From Macrostomum lignano (taxonomy: Eukaryota): a stretch of DNA of 64,000 nt. Both the position numbers and the translations under genes were made by a program. Location: the NCBI GenBank assembly GCA_002269645.1, contig NIVC01001780.1, positions 173,999 to 237,998 on the forward strand, read 5' to 3'. Shown here one piece after another: positions 25,802 to 38,384 of the stretch. The notes beneath the pieces were generated by a model. It worked only from the letters and a program-made list of their open reading frames with translations, did not search any database and was not told the DNA's origin. Positions within the stretch are counted from its first letter, which is position 1; every line of letters starts with the position of its first letter.

Positions 25802-25970
25802 TAATGGGCAGATATGCACCAACAGCTCAGCCGCAGCAATTGTGCGGCGCATCTGAAGGCAGAGTTAAGTGTCTTGTTCAAGGACACAAATTGTTCCAGT
25901 GAGATCGGAAATCGAACTCCCGACCTTCAACTCGTGAGTGCGACGCTTTGACGCCTGGGCTGCAACCCCC
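25802..25970 (-). mobile_element. SINE family A, internally deleted copy
   Basis: The head (A/B box) and 3' stem-loop are present, but ~105 bp of the middle is missing (AACTCTGC joined directly to CTTCAGATG). Confidence 0.85.
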
Positions 25971-26775
25971 GTAGGCTACAATCCCGAATGTACACGTACT
26001 TCCGTTTTTTGTATTTAAACAAATTTACTGTAAAATAAGCTATTTTAATTTTAGGATGAAATACTATAGGCTTCGCCCCCCCCTTCATGACTCAGTCTTT
26101 AAACATAACGAAAATATTCTGGTTTCTGATCATATCTCTTTACTGTTCAAAGCAACAGGCCGGGAGTTCAGATTTTTGCTGCTGAACTCTCTGATTGCTG
26201 ACGAAAGCAAGCCTGAGGAGGCTCTGGGAGGATACTGGGAAGATCCTCACAGCTGGGCCCAGCGGCAGGCTTTAACTCAGAACTGAAGAAAAGGTATAAG
26301 GCTGTTGGCTAAGGTGAGGCACTTTATCTAAAATTTCAGAGGGACAGCGTCAGCATCTCAAAACCAGAGCCCGTTACCCCCTTCCCTCTCTTGAGCCGCT
26401 ATTCCACACAGTGCCTGCCAAGCAGTCCTTAGAGAAACGCGAATGTGAGCGTAAATTTGTCTTAAAAATCTCAAATCTAATGAAATTCTAACATCGGATG
26501 ATGACGTGAGAAGTAAATAGTGTGGCAGGAAAAAGCAACAGAGAATGCAATGAAAAAATCTGCACCGCTTTTGCTAACGAAAGCAGCAGAAAAAGCAGAC
26601 AGTTGAGACTGAAAAACTCTGACAATGAGACGCTGACGGATTAAAAAATTCGCAAAATTCACGCAAAAATGCATTCGAACAATCCGAGCGCTGCACTGGG
26701 ATTTTACGCGTGAAGGAGCAGCCACTGGCAGCAACCCAGCCTCCCAAAGGCATCGCACAGCAAACCGTTTTCTCT

Positions 26776-26789
26776 GTCGCTATGGCAAC
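26776..26789. promoter_or_regulatory. Candidate RFX X-box GTCGCTATGGCAAC
   Basis: Close match to the GTNRCCATGGYAAC-type palindrome, in non-coding DNA ~230 bp upstream of the WSC gene ATG. Confidence 0.35.
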
Positions 26790-27020
26790 ACGACGCTGAA
26801 TTCAGCGCAGACAGCAACAGAAAGACAACAAAGAAGACAACAAAGCTTCATCGGGAACGACTGGCTCGACTCTGCGCCCCCCGCGCTGCCATCGCAACGC
26901 CCGCCACCCCAAATGGGGAGTTGGGAAACTGCATAAAGCCAGCAGTCCTGCAGCAGACGAGAGGCACAAAAGCGACAAGCAAATCCCATCTCTGTAAGAC
27001 TCTCCACAGCCGCTCTGACC

Positions 27021-27429
27021 ATGCAGACTTTGTCTATTCTGCCGCTGATTCTCTGCTGCTGCATCGCTTTCGGCCACTCACTGGGCACTGAATTCGGCCT
27101 GTTAGGCTGCTTTGTGGACACCGCAACTCGAGATATCAACGGTCTGGATGGCTGGTCCACCATCGGGCCCTACTCGGTGACGTGGAGCTCCGGGGGGACC
27201 GTCACACTCAGCAGCATGACTGTGCAGCTTTGCAGTGAAATCTGCGCCTATGGAAAATTCCGCTACTTTGGCGTTCAGTTTTCAAGTTATTGTTTCTGCG
27301 GAAACTCGTATGGCCGACACGGCAGGGCAGCCGACAGCCACTGCAACATGGCGTGCGCTGGCAACTCCGCCCAAATCTGTGGAGGGGCTGATCGAAACTC
27401 CGTGTACCGGCAGATCTACTATCGTCCAG
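27021..27429 (+). CDS. Secreted WSC-domain protein, exon 1 (signal peptide + WSC)
   Basis: Signal peptide, LGCFVD...MTVQLCSEIC...YFGVQFSSYCFCG...CNMACAGNSAQICGGADRNSVY. Donor CAG|GTGAGC, phase 1. Confidence 0.9.
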
Positions 27430-27653
27430 GTGAGCGTAGCGGAATTCACAATCGGTACTGTTCTAATCCTAAATGTACATGCACTCCTCCCCTTGCACTA
27501 GGCATAGCATCCATGGTTTAACACGCATTTAGACACGCAATCTATGAATGCAGCTTTAGCATTTGATCGACTGCAAGTTGATATGGCGAACGAAGCACTC
27601 GTGTTGATCTCAGCAGAGTAGCAGCGTGCTCGATATCTCGTTTGTCATTCCAG

Positions 27654-27883
27654 AAGGCGAATACTTCACTCACGTTGACCGAGACTACGTGAACGTGACC
27701 TCTACCAGCGGGCCCTTCTACCGCACCGAGCAGCCCGTCAGGAGTCTAGTTGAGTGCGTGTATCGCTGCGAAGCTGACTGCCAGGCCGTGCTGTTCCACC
27801 TCGACGCCTGCCACCTGCTGAGATTCCCCGTTCTGCCGCACGAGCTGAAGACCGTGGCTGGGAAGTTCGCCATCCGTGTGTGA
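27654..27883 (+). CDS. WSC protein exon 2 (PAN/apple-like Cys module)
   Basis: TTCCAG| acceptor in matching phase; SLVECVYRCEADCQAVLFHLDACHLL. Total ~212 aa. Confidence 0.8.
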
Positions 27884-28556
27884 GGGACCGCTTGATTCGG
27901 AGCAAGGAGTCTCGGTTGCTGAAGCCTTCTGTGATTGTTGCAACTCTCTGATTGCTGAAACTCGAATCATGGTTAATACGTACTCTACTCGTACGCTCGT
28001 ACTCTAGATACGTCCCCTGAGTTCAAATAAAAAGAAAATTTTCACTGCCGAAAAGAACGAATTTTAGCGGCTTGTGTGCATTACATTTTTGGCAAATAAA
28101 CTCCCTGTTTTTTATTTTGATCCGTTGAAGCAGTTGCAGCATAAACAATTCCTGTAGCAACCAAACCATATCGACTCTAGCATTTATCAGCCACAACAAC
28201 AGCAAATTAAATTCATAGGCCGCTCAATTCACGGAATGCGGTTTCAGCTCTTGCGATTCACATATTAACGCCAATTCAAGAGGTGCTATTTTGATTTTCA
28301 CCCAGCGCAACAAATAAGCTGTGTGCATCTGACGTTTCTCTGCATCGGATTACTTTTCTGCCTCCATAAGGCGCTCTAGCATCTCAGAGGTTGCGGGATA
28401 ACGGAGGTTATTTTTTAATTTTATATCATTTTCCATGTTTTCCTCATGTAATACTCAGTTCATTTTTTTCTTTCAATTTCTCAGCTAAATTGTGCAGCTA
28501 ATGTTTAGTCCTTAAGTCCTTAGTCCTTAAGTTCTTAGAAACTCGTATATATGAAA

Positions 28557-28830
28557 GGGTTGTAGCCTAGTGGTTAGAACGTCGGACTCATGAGTTGAAG
28601 GTCGGGAGTTCGATTCCCGATATCACTGGAACAATTTGTGTCCTTGAACAAGACACTTAACTCTGCATTGCTTCAGTTCACCCAGCTGTAAAATGGGTGC
28701 CAGCATTAGCTGGGGTAATTGAGGGTGTGTGTGGCGACCCCCCAGTCCTTGGACTGAACAGCCGTACGCAGCCTTCAGATGCGCCGCACAATAGCTGCGG
28801 CTGAGCTGTCGGTTGCACATCTGCCCATTA
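28557..28830 (+). mobile_element. SINE family A, full-length, best-preserved copy
   Basis: TAGCCTAGTGG (A box), GAGTTCGATTCCC (B box), central GTGTCCTTGAACAAGACACTTAACTC...CAGCTGTAAAATGGG resembling the CORE (MIR-type) domain, and a 3' hairpin. Confidence 0.92.
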
Positions 28831-31605
28831 ATAGGGCATTATTTTTATCCGTAGGTAGAAAAATTTTACTATAACTTTACTTGAAAAATTTTTCTTCGTT
28901 GAAAACGGTCCCAATCTTCTGAGTGTTATACGTAAGTGCTTAATAAATTCTTAGGAGTGTTTAACCAGCTAAGGTCTTATTCATACTGTGTCTGAGCGTC
29001 AGTCCTAGTGTGTTTGACATCTATTTTATCGTTCCAGTGCTGTATAGTATCCTTCTAAATTTTGGCAACGACTTAAAAAGGTTTGGCTTTCAACGTTGTT
29101 TCAAGCAAAAAACACAAACCCGTGACGCAATCGGACAGGCGTCGATCGAATTCCTGAAAAATCTCGGTCGCCATGCACCGTCGGGCGTCGCCGCCACGCA
29201 CGTGATGGCACAGGGTTTCTAGGCGGGCGGCGCCGCTCACTGACCACGGATTGAAGCTGGACAATGGGGATGAGCTGCTGGCGGATAACGTTTCCCTCAT
29301 GTTCCACCGCGGAAACTGCGATTGGTGGGCTGTTTGAGACCGGCTACTCAACGCTTGAGCTCGACCGATCTGCTCAAGCATCAGCGGCGTGAGCGGCTGC
29401 GTCTCAAATCCTGACTGGTCAGCAGAGACGCCGAACAAATTAAAATTGTCGTCCAAAAGGCTGCGAGTTTCAGCTGAATCGATCATTCGGGAGTTTATTA
29501 CGCAATTTCAAATATTAAAAGACTATTGTTTAAATGCAGCAAATTCTTTGCAAGATCTTGACACCACTGTACGAGCGATACAGTAGATGAATTCAGTCAA
29601 ACTGTTATGCTTCTCAGTAGTCCCTGAGTCTTGCTTTGAATTGAAGCTTTATAGCCTTTTTAAAGAAGTCCGCATCATGGATGGAATCTTAATTTCGTCA
29701 CTGCTAGCTCCGTTTTTTGTTTAATTTCTCAAGGGACAGCTGCCATTTAAAATCACGGTCCTGAAAGTTTAAATAGGAAAGTGCAAATTGATGAACTTTA
29801 AAACTTTGATCTCATGTGGTGATTTTTAATATGTTCAGATAAATATGAAAAATAGAAAACACAAGAAAAATTTAGAAAGTTCGAGAGAAGAGACAGGGAG
29901 ATGTTCTCTTGAGAGTTGGGAGAGTTAGAAACAAAAGAGACAGTCGACGGGAGGCAAGAGCCGTCCATTCTGACAACCCCTGAAGATCCACCTGAAGAAA
30001 TATTTACCAAGGGGTCATATTGCAACGAGCTCTACAGTACAGAGACTACTACAGTACTTAAGACTGACTCGTCTGACCAGCTGTCTGCCGACGCAGTGAA
30101 GCGTGCCCAGACTGTTTTCAGTGACCCCATTCTGATTCTAATTTTAAGCTCTGCCAGGTACAACGCTGTCCGACTTTCTACCGGTGAGTAGATCAGTCTG
30201 TCCAAGCAGCCGTTGTCTCCTCTAGTTGCTATGGAAGGGTCTCGCGAGCATCGGTCACCAGCATGAGAACGCAATTATTATCTTCATGAGTTGTTGTAAC
30301 CAACTGACACGTCGCCCCCAGCTTTTGTATCTGACGGAAGTCACCTTATGATACGTATTCATACAAAAACAAACAGGACGACTTTTCCACCTTCACTTTT
30401 CTTAAAGGAGCTCCTGCTTCGTTGTTTTTAAATCTTGGGTGGCCATAATCTACCGTAGGTAGAAATTCTTTCCCAGAGTGAGATTAGTTAGAAAAATCAA
30501 CTTTACATAACAGCAGCTCTGTTGCAGTTGTTACATCTATTTGGTTGGTACGGAAAGCGTTTGGTTTGCTCATCTCTGAGGATCGACCGAAGGTTTGATC
30601 TTGAGATACGTACCCTAGAAGACATTGACTTGTTGATTCTTAGCAGATCTTGTCTATCTTCTTGGGTTGCTGCGCAAGTACTTGCAAGAACGTGCAAGAT
30701 CTTCGCCATAATAATAATTAGGTAAACTTACCAGATCTGGGCGACTTGCTACATCGTACAAGATCTTAGCTTTTATATCTTTTTATAGCTTTGAATCGCA
30801 TATTTTCTTAAATTTATTGTCCCTTTTTGTCATAAAATACATATAGTTCAGCTAGAACACTTTAGCTAAATGAATAACAAAATGTATCTCCCATCTTAGC
30901 AGATCCTGCAAAAAACGAGCAGATTGAGAAGATCTGCTCAGAATGGCACAGAGACAAGATCTGCTAAGTTTGAGAATCAGAATGTCCTCTAGGGTACTAA
31001 CAGTAGAATGAATGCAATTTACAAGCTATTAGCTATTAAGGGCTTTTAGCTGCCAAAATTGGCATTCTTATCAAGGCTGTACCATCAATAAGTTTCACAC
31101 AATCTGGCCACATAAGGCCGCAAAGTCACAAGCCGTAATTGCATGCAGGAATCGAACCCCTAATGCGTACAGATATGTAATGTAGACATTACATAATCAT
31201 ATGCACGTTAATATGTAATTTATGCAGAATATAAGAATCCACAGTAGTACGCACAGATACTATAAAGCTTTTTATTATTTCGATTGTAATTGCATCTTAT
31301 GTACAGTTTAATCAGTCATTGTCCTAGCTTCCATGGATCATAAATTATAGGCAAAATTATGTCAAGACCATATGGATCGTTGAGACGATCTGCAAATCCA
31401 ATCAGCATGTTCAAAACAACAAGTTTTTTTTAAGTCAATTTAAGTAAAATAAAGTCAAGTGTGTTAAAACTGACTGTCAACTCGCTCCTGCTCGAGATGC
31501 TCATCGAAGAAATTTATTCCTGTTGTGCTGTAAGTTATGAATAAGATTTTTAGTGCCAGAATTCAATTCACGAGATCAGTTTAACATGGCCTTGGTGACT
31601 TACTA

Positions 31606-32241
31606 ACGCAGCAGCTCAGCCAGTTGGCTCTTCCCCTTCTCTGCGGCCCAGTCTCGAAGTTTTGTCTTTCCCGCGTCTTACGGCACTCCAGTCCGACCCT
31701 GCGTCCAGCAGAACTCGATCAACTGCTGCTGTGGCGGCGTCTGGCGCCTCAACGGCTACCCACAACAACGGTGCAGCTGGCGTTCGATGTAGCTGGCCAG
31801 CTCTGAGTGGTCGTTGAGCCTCGCCGGGTCCAACGCTGTCCGACCCACGAGGTTCTTCATTTCAAGCAGCCGTTTCCTCTTTGAGCTGCGGAGCTTTCTG
31901 CACTCGTCGAACCTCCCCTGCCTGAGCAGGTGCAGCAGGTGTTTGGCGCATCTCCAGCTGTCAGTCCGCGCCGCCTCCATCAGCGGAGTGGGGCCCCGTT
32001 GGTTCTGCAGCCACTTGGCTTCAAAAGGCAGCTGCGCCAGAAGCCGCAGGTGGTCTCGCCGAGCTGCCAGGTGCGCCGCCGTGTCACCCGCGCCGTCTTG
32101 TTCGTGGGCATTCGCGCCTAACTCAAACAAGTACAGAATGCACTTTTCAGACAGAACGGATGTCCCGGAAGCGTCAGCCACCAGCATGAGGACGGTGTGA
32201 TGATCTTCATCAGTCTTTGCGACCTGAATTGCCGAAGTCAC
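31606..32241 (-). pseudogene. Ankyrin-repeat gene fragment with frameshifts
   Basis: GDTAAHLAA, GPTPLMEAA, GRTALD. It continues in shifted frames as PLLWVAV...LLDAGSD and LRDWAAEKGKSQLAELLR*. Confidence 0.7.
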
Positions 32242-32569
32242 CTTGAATTACTGACTGAGAAATTTTCTGAAGCTGATGTGTTCAGAAAGGAATGATAGTT
32301 CGATGAGTTCAATGTAGCTCAAATCAAAAAGCAATGTCAGTTGGAATTTATTTTACCATACCTCCAAATTGCACGAATCGCAAAAAGAGACATTTAGTTT
32401 GAGTAAAGAGCCTCAAGTCGTTTTAGCTAAGCGAAAGAAGGAAGCTGACTCAGTGCTTGAGAATTTCTTTAAGAGTTTTTCTCTGCCCATTTTTATGTTA
32501 TTTATACGAGTGAGGGCATGTTGCTTCTTTTAGACTCACTTGTACAACTTGTACACTTAACAGTAGAAG

Positions 32570-33849
32570 GACCATGGGGGTGTATTTCAAATACACACAT
32601 TTTTCTTTTGTCTGGATCTCCGAAAATATTCAACCAATTGCCATCAAAATCCAGAACACAGGCTAAAATTTTCCGCTCTATTCGATGAAGCAACTCCGAG
32701 AATCACGAAAAATCGGCATCGTCAAGATATTCAACGATTCTCCTCGGGGTGTCCGGTGGGAAAAACCACCAACATTGGCAAATTTTTTCTGTTCACAAAA
32801 TCTCATCATGAAACCACGTCGGCTCAGGAAACTATGCATACCAGTCCTAAAGGCCTTTCTTCTTAGCATCCCAGGAACCAGGGTCCCCTTCATCACCGTC
32901 TGGAGCATCGGCAGCGACCGTCACGACCTTCAACAAAAGCACCCGATCGGCATCGCAGAGACGGCTGCGTTCCCAAAACTGAAATGGAAGAATCCTCTTC
33001 TGCATGCAGCATTCGTTCAGTAGACATAATCGGTGAATGAAATGGACGACGGCGACCCTCTAGGTTGACCTGTAGACATACAAGCGACCTTCGGGACCTT
33101 CAACGGAGTGCCACCACGCGGCCCCGACTAGCTGGCACCCCCAACATCGTGATTTTTCTGTCAAGGCACCAAACCAGGCATGTCTGCATATTATACAATG
33201 GTCCTGCACCATGTTCAGCATTCAGCTCTGTCTGGACGACCTTCGGGACCTTCAACGGAGTGCCACCACGCGGCCCCGACTAGCTGGCACCCCCAACATC
33301 GTGATTTTTCTGTCAAGGCACCAAACCAGGCATGTTGGGGGTTCCAGCTAGTCGGGGCCGTGTGGTGGCACTCCGTTGAAGGTCCCGAAGGTCGCTTGTA
33401 TGTCTACAGGTCAACCTAGAGGGTCGCCGTCGTCCATTTCATTCACCGATTATGTCTACTGACTGAATACTGCATGCGATGCCGATCGGGTGCTTTTGTT
33501 GAAGGTCCCGAGGGTCGCCGCCGATGCTCCAGACGGTGATGAAGGGGACCCTGGTTCCTGGGATGCTGAGAAGAAAGGCCTCTCCGACAGATGGACCCAG
33601 ATTATTGAGCCAATTTGGATTCACCATACAGGTTTATACAGTGTAGTGTTGGTTGTCCTTGCCACCAGTGTCTTCGACAAGAATCGTTGAATATCTCGAC
33701 GATGCTGATGTCGGATGACTTTGAAAGTTTATTCGTTGGAAAGAGGGGGAAATTTTGATTCAAATAGTGGACTTTTACGAAAATCGGTTATTCGGTTTGC
33801 GAGCTATGGTGAAATTGGTTGGGTGTATTTGTAATACACCCCCATGGTC
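32570..33849. mobile_element. Foldback / long-TIR non-autonomous element (~1.28 kb)
   Basis: Termini GACCATGGGGGTGTATTTCAAATACAC / GTGTATTTGTAATACACCCCCATGGTC. Several internal blocks are present as inverted copies. Confidence 0.85.
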
Positions 33850-34214
33850 TTTCCCCCAGGAAAGAGGTTTGCAAAAAATGACCTAATAAACTAGACTAGG
33901 CTTTGATAAACTACATTAAACTGCATATTATACAGAGAATGTAGAAATAGTTTAAAGTGCGAGTCTTATAAGTGACAATTTATATAATGTTAATACTTCA
34001 CTGCCATGTACCACTTTAGCCTTATCTAACAAATTAATAGATTGACAATAGTAACCAATGCCCAATAAGAATACTAGGGGTCGCTTCCACAAACCCTGAA
34101 TTTCACATTTTCGCAAGACACAAACTTCACAAGCTCTAAATTTCATAAACCTTAACTTTCACAACGCCTAAAAGCACTATGGAGATATAATATTTTAGAG
34201 CTTGTAAGATTCTG

Positions 34215-34340
34215 TAAACTACTGTAAACTACTGTAAGCTATTGTAAACTACTGTAAACTACTGTAAACTACTGTAAACTACTGTAAACTACTGTAAACT
34301 ACTGTAAACTACTGTAAACTACTGTAAACTACTGTAAAAT
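34215..34340. repeat. (AAACTACTGT)n 10-bp repeat
   Basis: Directly visible. Confidence 0.95.
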
Positions 34341-34399
34341 ACTATTAATATAAACGAGAGACGAAATGACGCTTGGGTTTGAAACAAAACACTGCCCGT

Positions 34400-34732
34400 T
34401 CTGGCGCCCATTCTGCTGGTGACGGCGCCCATTCTGCTGGTGACGGCGCCCATTCTGCTGGTGACGGCGCCCATTCTGCTGGTGACGGCGCCCATTCTGC
34501 TGGTGACGGCGCCCATTCTGCTGGTGACGGCGCCCATTCTGCTGGTGACGGCCTCCATTCTGCTGGTGACGGCGCCCATTCTGCTGGTGACGGCGCCCAT
34601 TCTGCTGGTGACGGCGCCCATTCTGCTGGTGACGGCGCCCATTCTGCTGGTGACGGCGCCCATTCTGCTGGTGACGGCGCCCATTCTGCTGGTGACGGCG
34701 CCCATTCTGCTTGTGACGGCGCCCATTCTGCA
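34400..34732. repeat. 21-bp minisatellite (GGCGCCCATTCTGCTGGTGAC)n
   Basis: About 16 near-identical units. Confidence 0.97.
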
Positions 34733-35060
34733 GGAAATCGCAAGGCAGCTGGAAATCAAGAAAAATCAGCCAGGTCTAATATCAATCATTAGCACTGTTC
34801 TGATGAAGAGAGTCCAGTCAGAGGCTACTGACTGCTCAGTGCTGCAGAATGAGGACCCAACAGAGATTCTGGAGCAATCGTTTCCGACATCACTGGCAGA
34901 GATGCTGGACAAAGTGGTGCGTATATTGCCGCAGTGATTGTTCAATGATTGGAGGTGCTCGGACCTCTCAGTGCTGTAACTGCCCCAATCACAAGTGCAA
35001 GCTTATTTATAGTCACACTTATTTTCTGCCAAGTTGTTCTTGAAAATGATTGCTAAAATA

Positions 35061-35662
35061 CACTCAGCAACAGTCAAAACCGCCACCCTACCGAGAGAGG
35101 CGACTTCTCTCTCACCTCAACTGCAAGTGACGTAACTTGCGCCACGGCGTGGCTAAAGCTGGGTGAGAGTCGGATGATCTGGGCACTCAAGCTGTTGCCC
35201 CATCTGCTTCTTTCACCCCACATTAGACAGAGCAGGGTGGCTGGCGCGGTCGGAGTTCGCCTGACAATCCGCAGCAGACGTCGATTTGCCCTGGCTGTTT
35301 AGCCACGGAGATCATGGCGCTGGCTGCCTATGGCTGCGTGCTGAACGCTACCAGTCTCTTGGGACTTCGTTAACAGCGCTCGAATTGTTAAACCTGATCG
35401 GCCAAATTGGCGAGCAACTGCGCTGATGAATGCACCAGCTTATAGCATGCCAACAGCGCGCCATCGTCCAGCGTCTGTCATATGCCTGACCATTGTCACG
35501 TGTACTGTTGCACCCCAACCCAGTCCCTTTTGTACTCTCACCCTGGAATTCACTCTCACCCAGCTTTAGCCACGCCCGTGGCGCAAGTTACGTCACCTGC
35601 AGTTGAGGTGAGAGAGAAGTCGCCTCTCTCGGTAAGGTGGCGGTTTTGACTGCTGCTGAGTG
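35061..35662. mobile_element. TA-flanked MITE with ~110-bp TIRs (Tc1/mariner-like target)
   Basis: TA|CACTCAGCAACAGTCAAAACCGCC...GCTGGGTGAGAG is inverted at CTCTCACCCAGC...GGCGGTTTTGACTGCTGCTGAGTG|TA. Confidence 0.8.
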
Positions 35663-35666
35663 TATG

Positions 35667-35996
35667 CAGCGGCGTCGCCATGGATTTTATGGTGGGGGAC
35701 AAAGCCAAGAATTGTACATGTACATGTACGTGACTATACATTTCTACATTATTTTCAGAATCGATCGGCTGTTGACTGCAGCACAGCTCATTGTAGCGCC
35801 GCACGGCCGCAGGCACTCATTTTGCCAGGCGCTGGCGCAGGCGCTATGTTTCGTCGCCCTGCAGCAAAATTATAGATTTCCATACTTCCATATAGCGCGG
35901 GTCACAAACAAAAGGTGGGGGGGGGACAAAGCATTGACATTCATGGCTCCCCATATCTACTGTGGGGAAATGTCCCCACCCCCGATGACGCCCCTG
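35667..35996 (+). mobile_element. MITE family 'CAGGGGCG', short copy (1-2 degenerate internal units)
   Basis: CAGCGGCGTCGCCATGGATTTTATGGTGGGGGACAAAGCCAAGAAT ... GATGACGCCCCTG. Confidence 0.8.
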
Positions 35997-36814
35997 TGCA
36001 TGTACCGTGTAAACTCGTACCAGTTAGATTGTGAAGGGAAGGGATGGTTAACTCACTCACCCCACTTAACTTGCACAACCTGCATGTTCTGTCTATATAA
36101 GCATGCATTTACATGTGTACATGTACATGTACCATTAATTGATGTCTCGTCCTTTTCAATTTTCCATTTTCGATGATAATGTCAGCCTCGCTAATGCTAT
36201 TAATATTTTTAAAACTACATACTGAACGCGTATTATATTGTACAAGTCTACATGTACATGCTCATCACTTGGTGCAACCCTTGCTACATCATTTCAGTTC
36301 AAATGTGACAATGGATTTTAGTAAAATTATTCGACATTAAATAACTAACTAATTAGCAAACTAAAACAAAAATAACCCAGAAGGAAAAAGTTAACTATAA
36401 GAATGCAAAAAAGCAAGAAATACATCATATCCGTATATTTCTATAAAAGAAATAAATTGCCAGGACCTGTGAAGCTACCACGCTCACAAAGCGTACATGT
36501 ACACTGCACACACACAACATTTACATGTGCATGTACTGCATGTATAGCTTGATAAGGTTGCCAGGGCCTTTCACCGGAACCAATTAGAGATGCAGTGTTT
36601 CTACGAGTATATATCATTGTGTATATTATTTCGGAGTTATGTTTCGAAAATTATGAACAACCTTGGTTCCTTATTGAAATATTTATATTGTGTAAAGTTT
36701 AATCTATGTATAACTTTGGTATTGGTTTCATTTTACACGTGGAAAGCATCGTGAAACTCATAAAAATCGATTGCTCAAACTAACACTATGCAGTCTATTC
36801 GAATTGAGTTAAAA

Positions 36815-37150
36815 TTACTTCGGTGGCAGGTGCATCGCGTCGCGCAGCTGGGTGATCGCCTTCCTCACCACCTGCTCACTCGAGTTGTCGCTGCTCATCG
36901 CCCTGTCCAGCGGGCCGGAGACGCTGCTCCGCTCGCGCGCAACTCGACGCTTGAGCACGAAACTCGGCTGTCGGGATGACGATTTTCCGGCTTTAACGAT
37001 GCCGGTAGAGGTGGAATTGTCCGGCTGCGTCAGCACGTTCGAGTAGATCACCTGGCTGAACGGGTAGCGCTTGCAGAAACCGCTCCATTCCGCTGATGGC
37101 ATCGCCTGATCATCGGGCTGTCCGTCTGTAGCTGCTGCAGCAGGAAATTG
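36815..37150 (-). CDS. Candidate terminal exon of an unidentified gene
   Basis: GC-rich open frame (AEWSGFCKRYPFSQVIYSNVLTQPD...AITQLRDAMHLPPK*) with a possible CTGCAG acceptor. No recognised domain. Confidence 0.4.
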   Translation of the reverse strand, partial: QFPAAAATDGQPDDQAMPSAEWSGFCKRYPFSQVIYSNVLTQPDNSTSTGIVKAGKSSSRQPSFVLKRRVARERSSVSGPLDRAMSSDNSSEQVVRKAITQLRDAMHLPPK

Positions 37151-37242
37151 CTTCTTTGTGTGAGTTGTGTAATAGCGAGCCGTTAGCAAGGCGTTGGGCG
37201 TCAGTGAGAGACTCGTCTGCAATGTTTTTCGGAGAAGTTGAT

Positions 37243-37955
<713 letters not shown>

Positions 37956-38384
37956 GCTAGTCTCAGGCAACAAAACGCAGACCTGTCCCTTGAAAAAGCT
38001 GCCACCAGATTCCCTGTGCAGCACCGGGTGCGGTTTATGCGTCGACCGATGCCAGCCGTTAAGGCGACCGGTGTCGGCGGCCGGCAGGTGCGAGCCACCG
38101 TGCCAGTTGCAGTAGTCCTTGAGCAGAGTTGGTGGTTGCACTGACGAGTTGAAGGCCCGTCTCTGTCCGGCAGGCTTCTGCTGTTGCAGCTCCTGCTCAG
38201 AACTGAAAACTGACATATTTTTTTTCCAAACTGAGAAAGATAATTAGCGCATATATACACTAGCATAAAACTATTTTTTTCTTTCTTTTTTGATAGTCCA
38301 GTTTCTTTTATAGTAGTAGCTAGGCTTTTTCAGCTTCGGGTGTCGACTAAATGCTTCATGGATAACTCTGCTCTAGAAAGGGCG

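Noticed and set aside
34733-34937. Coding-looking tail after the 21-bp repeat (QEIARQLEIKK...RILPQ)
   Set aside because: Short, with no domain match and no partner exons found; cannot be supported.
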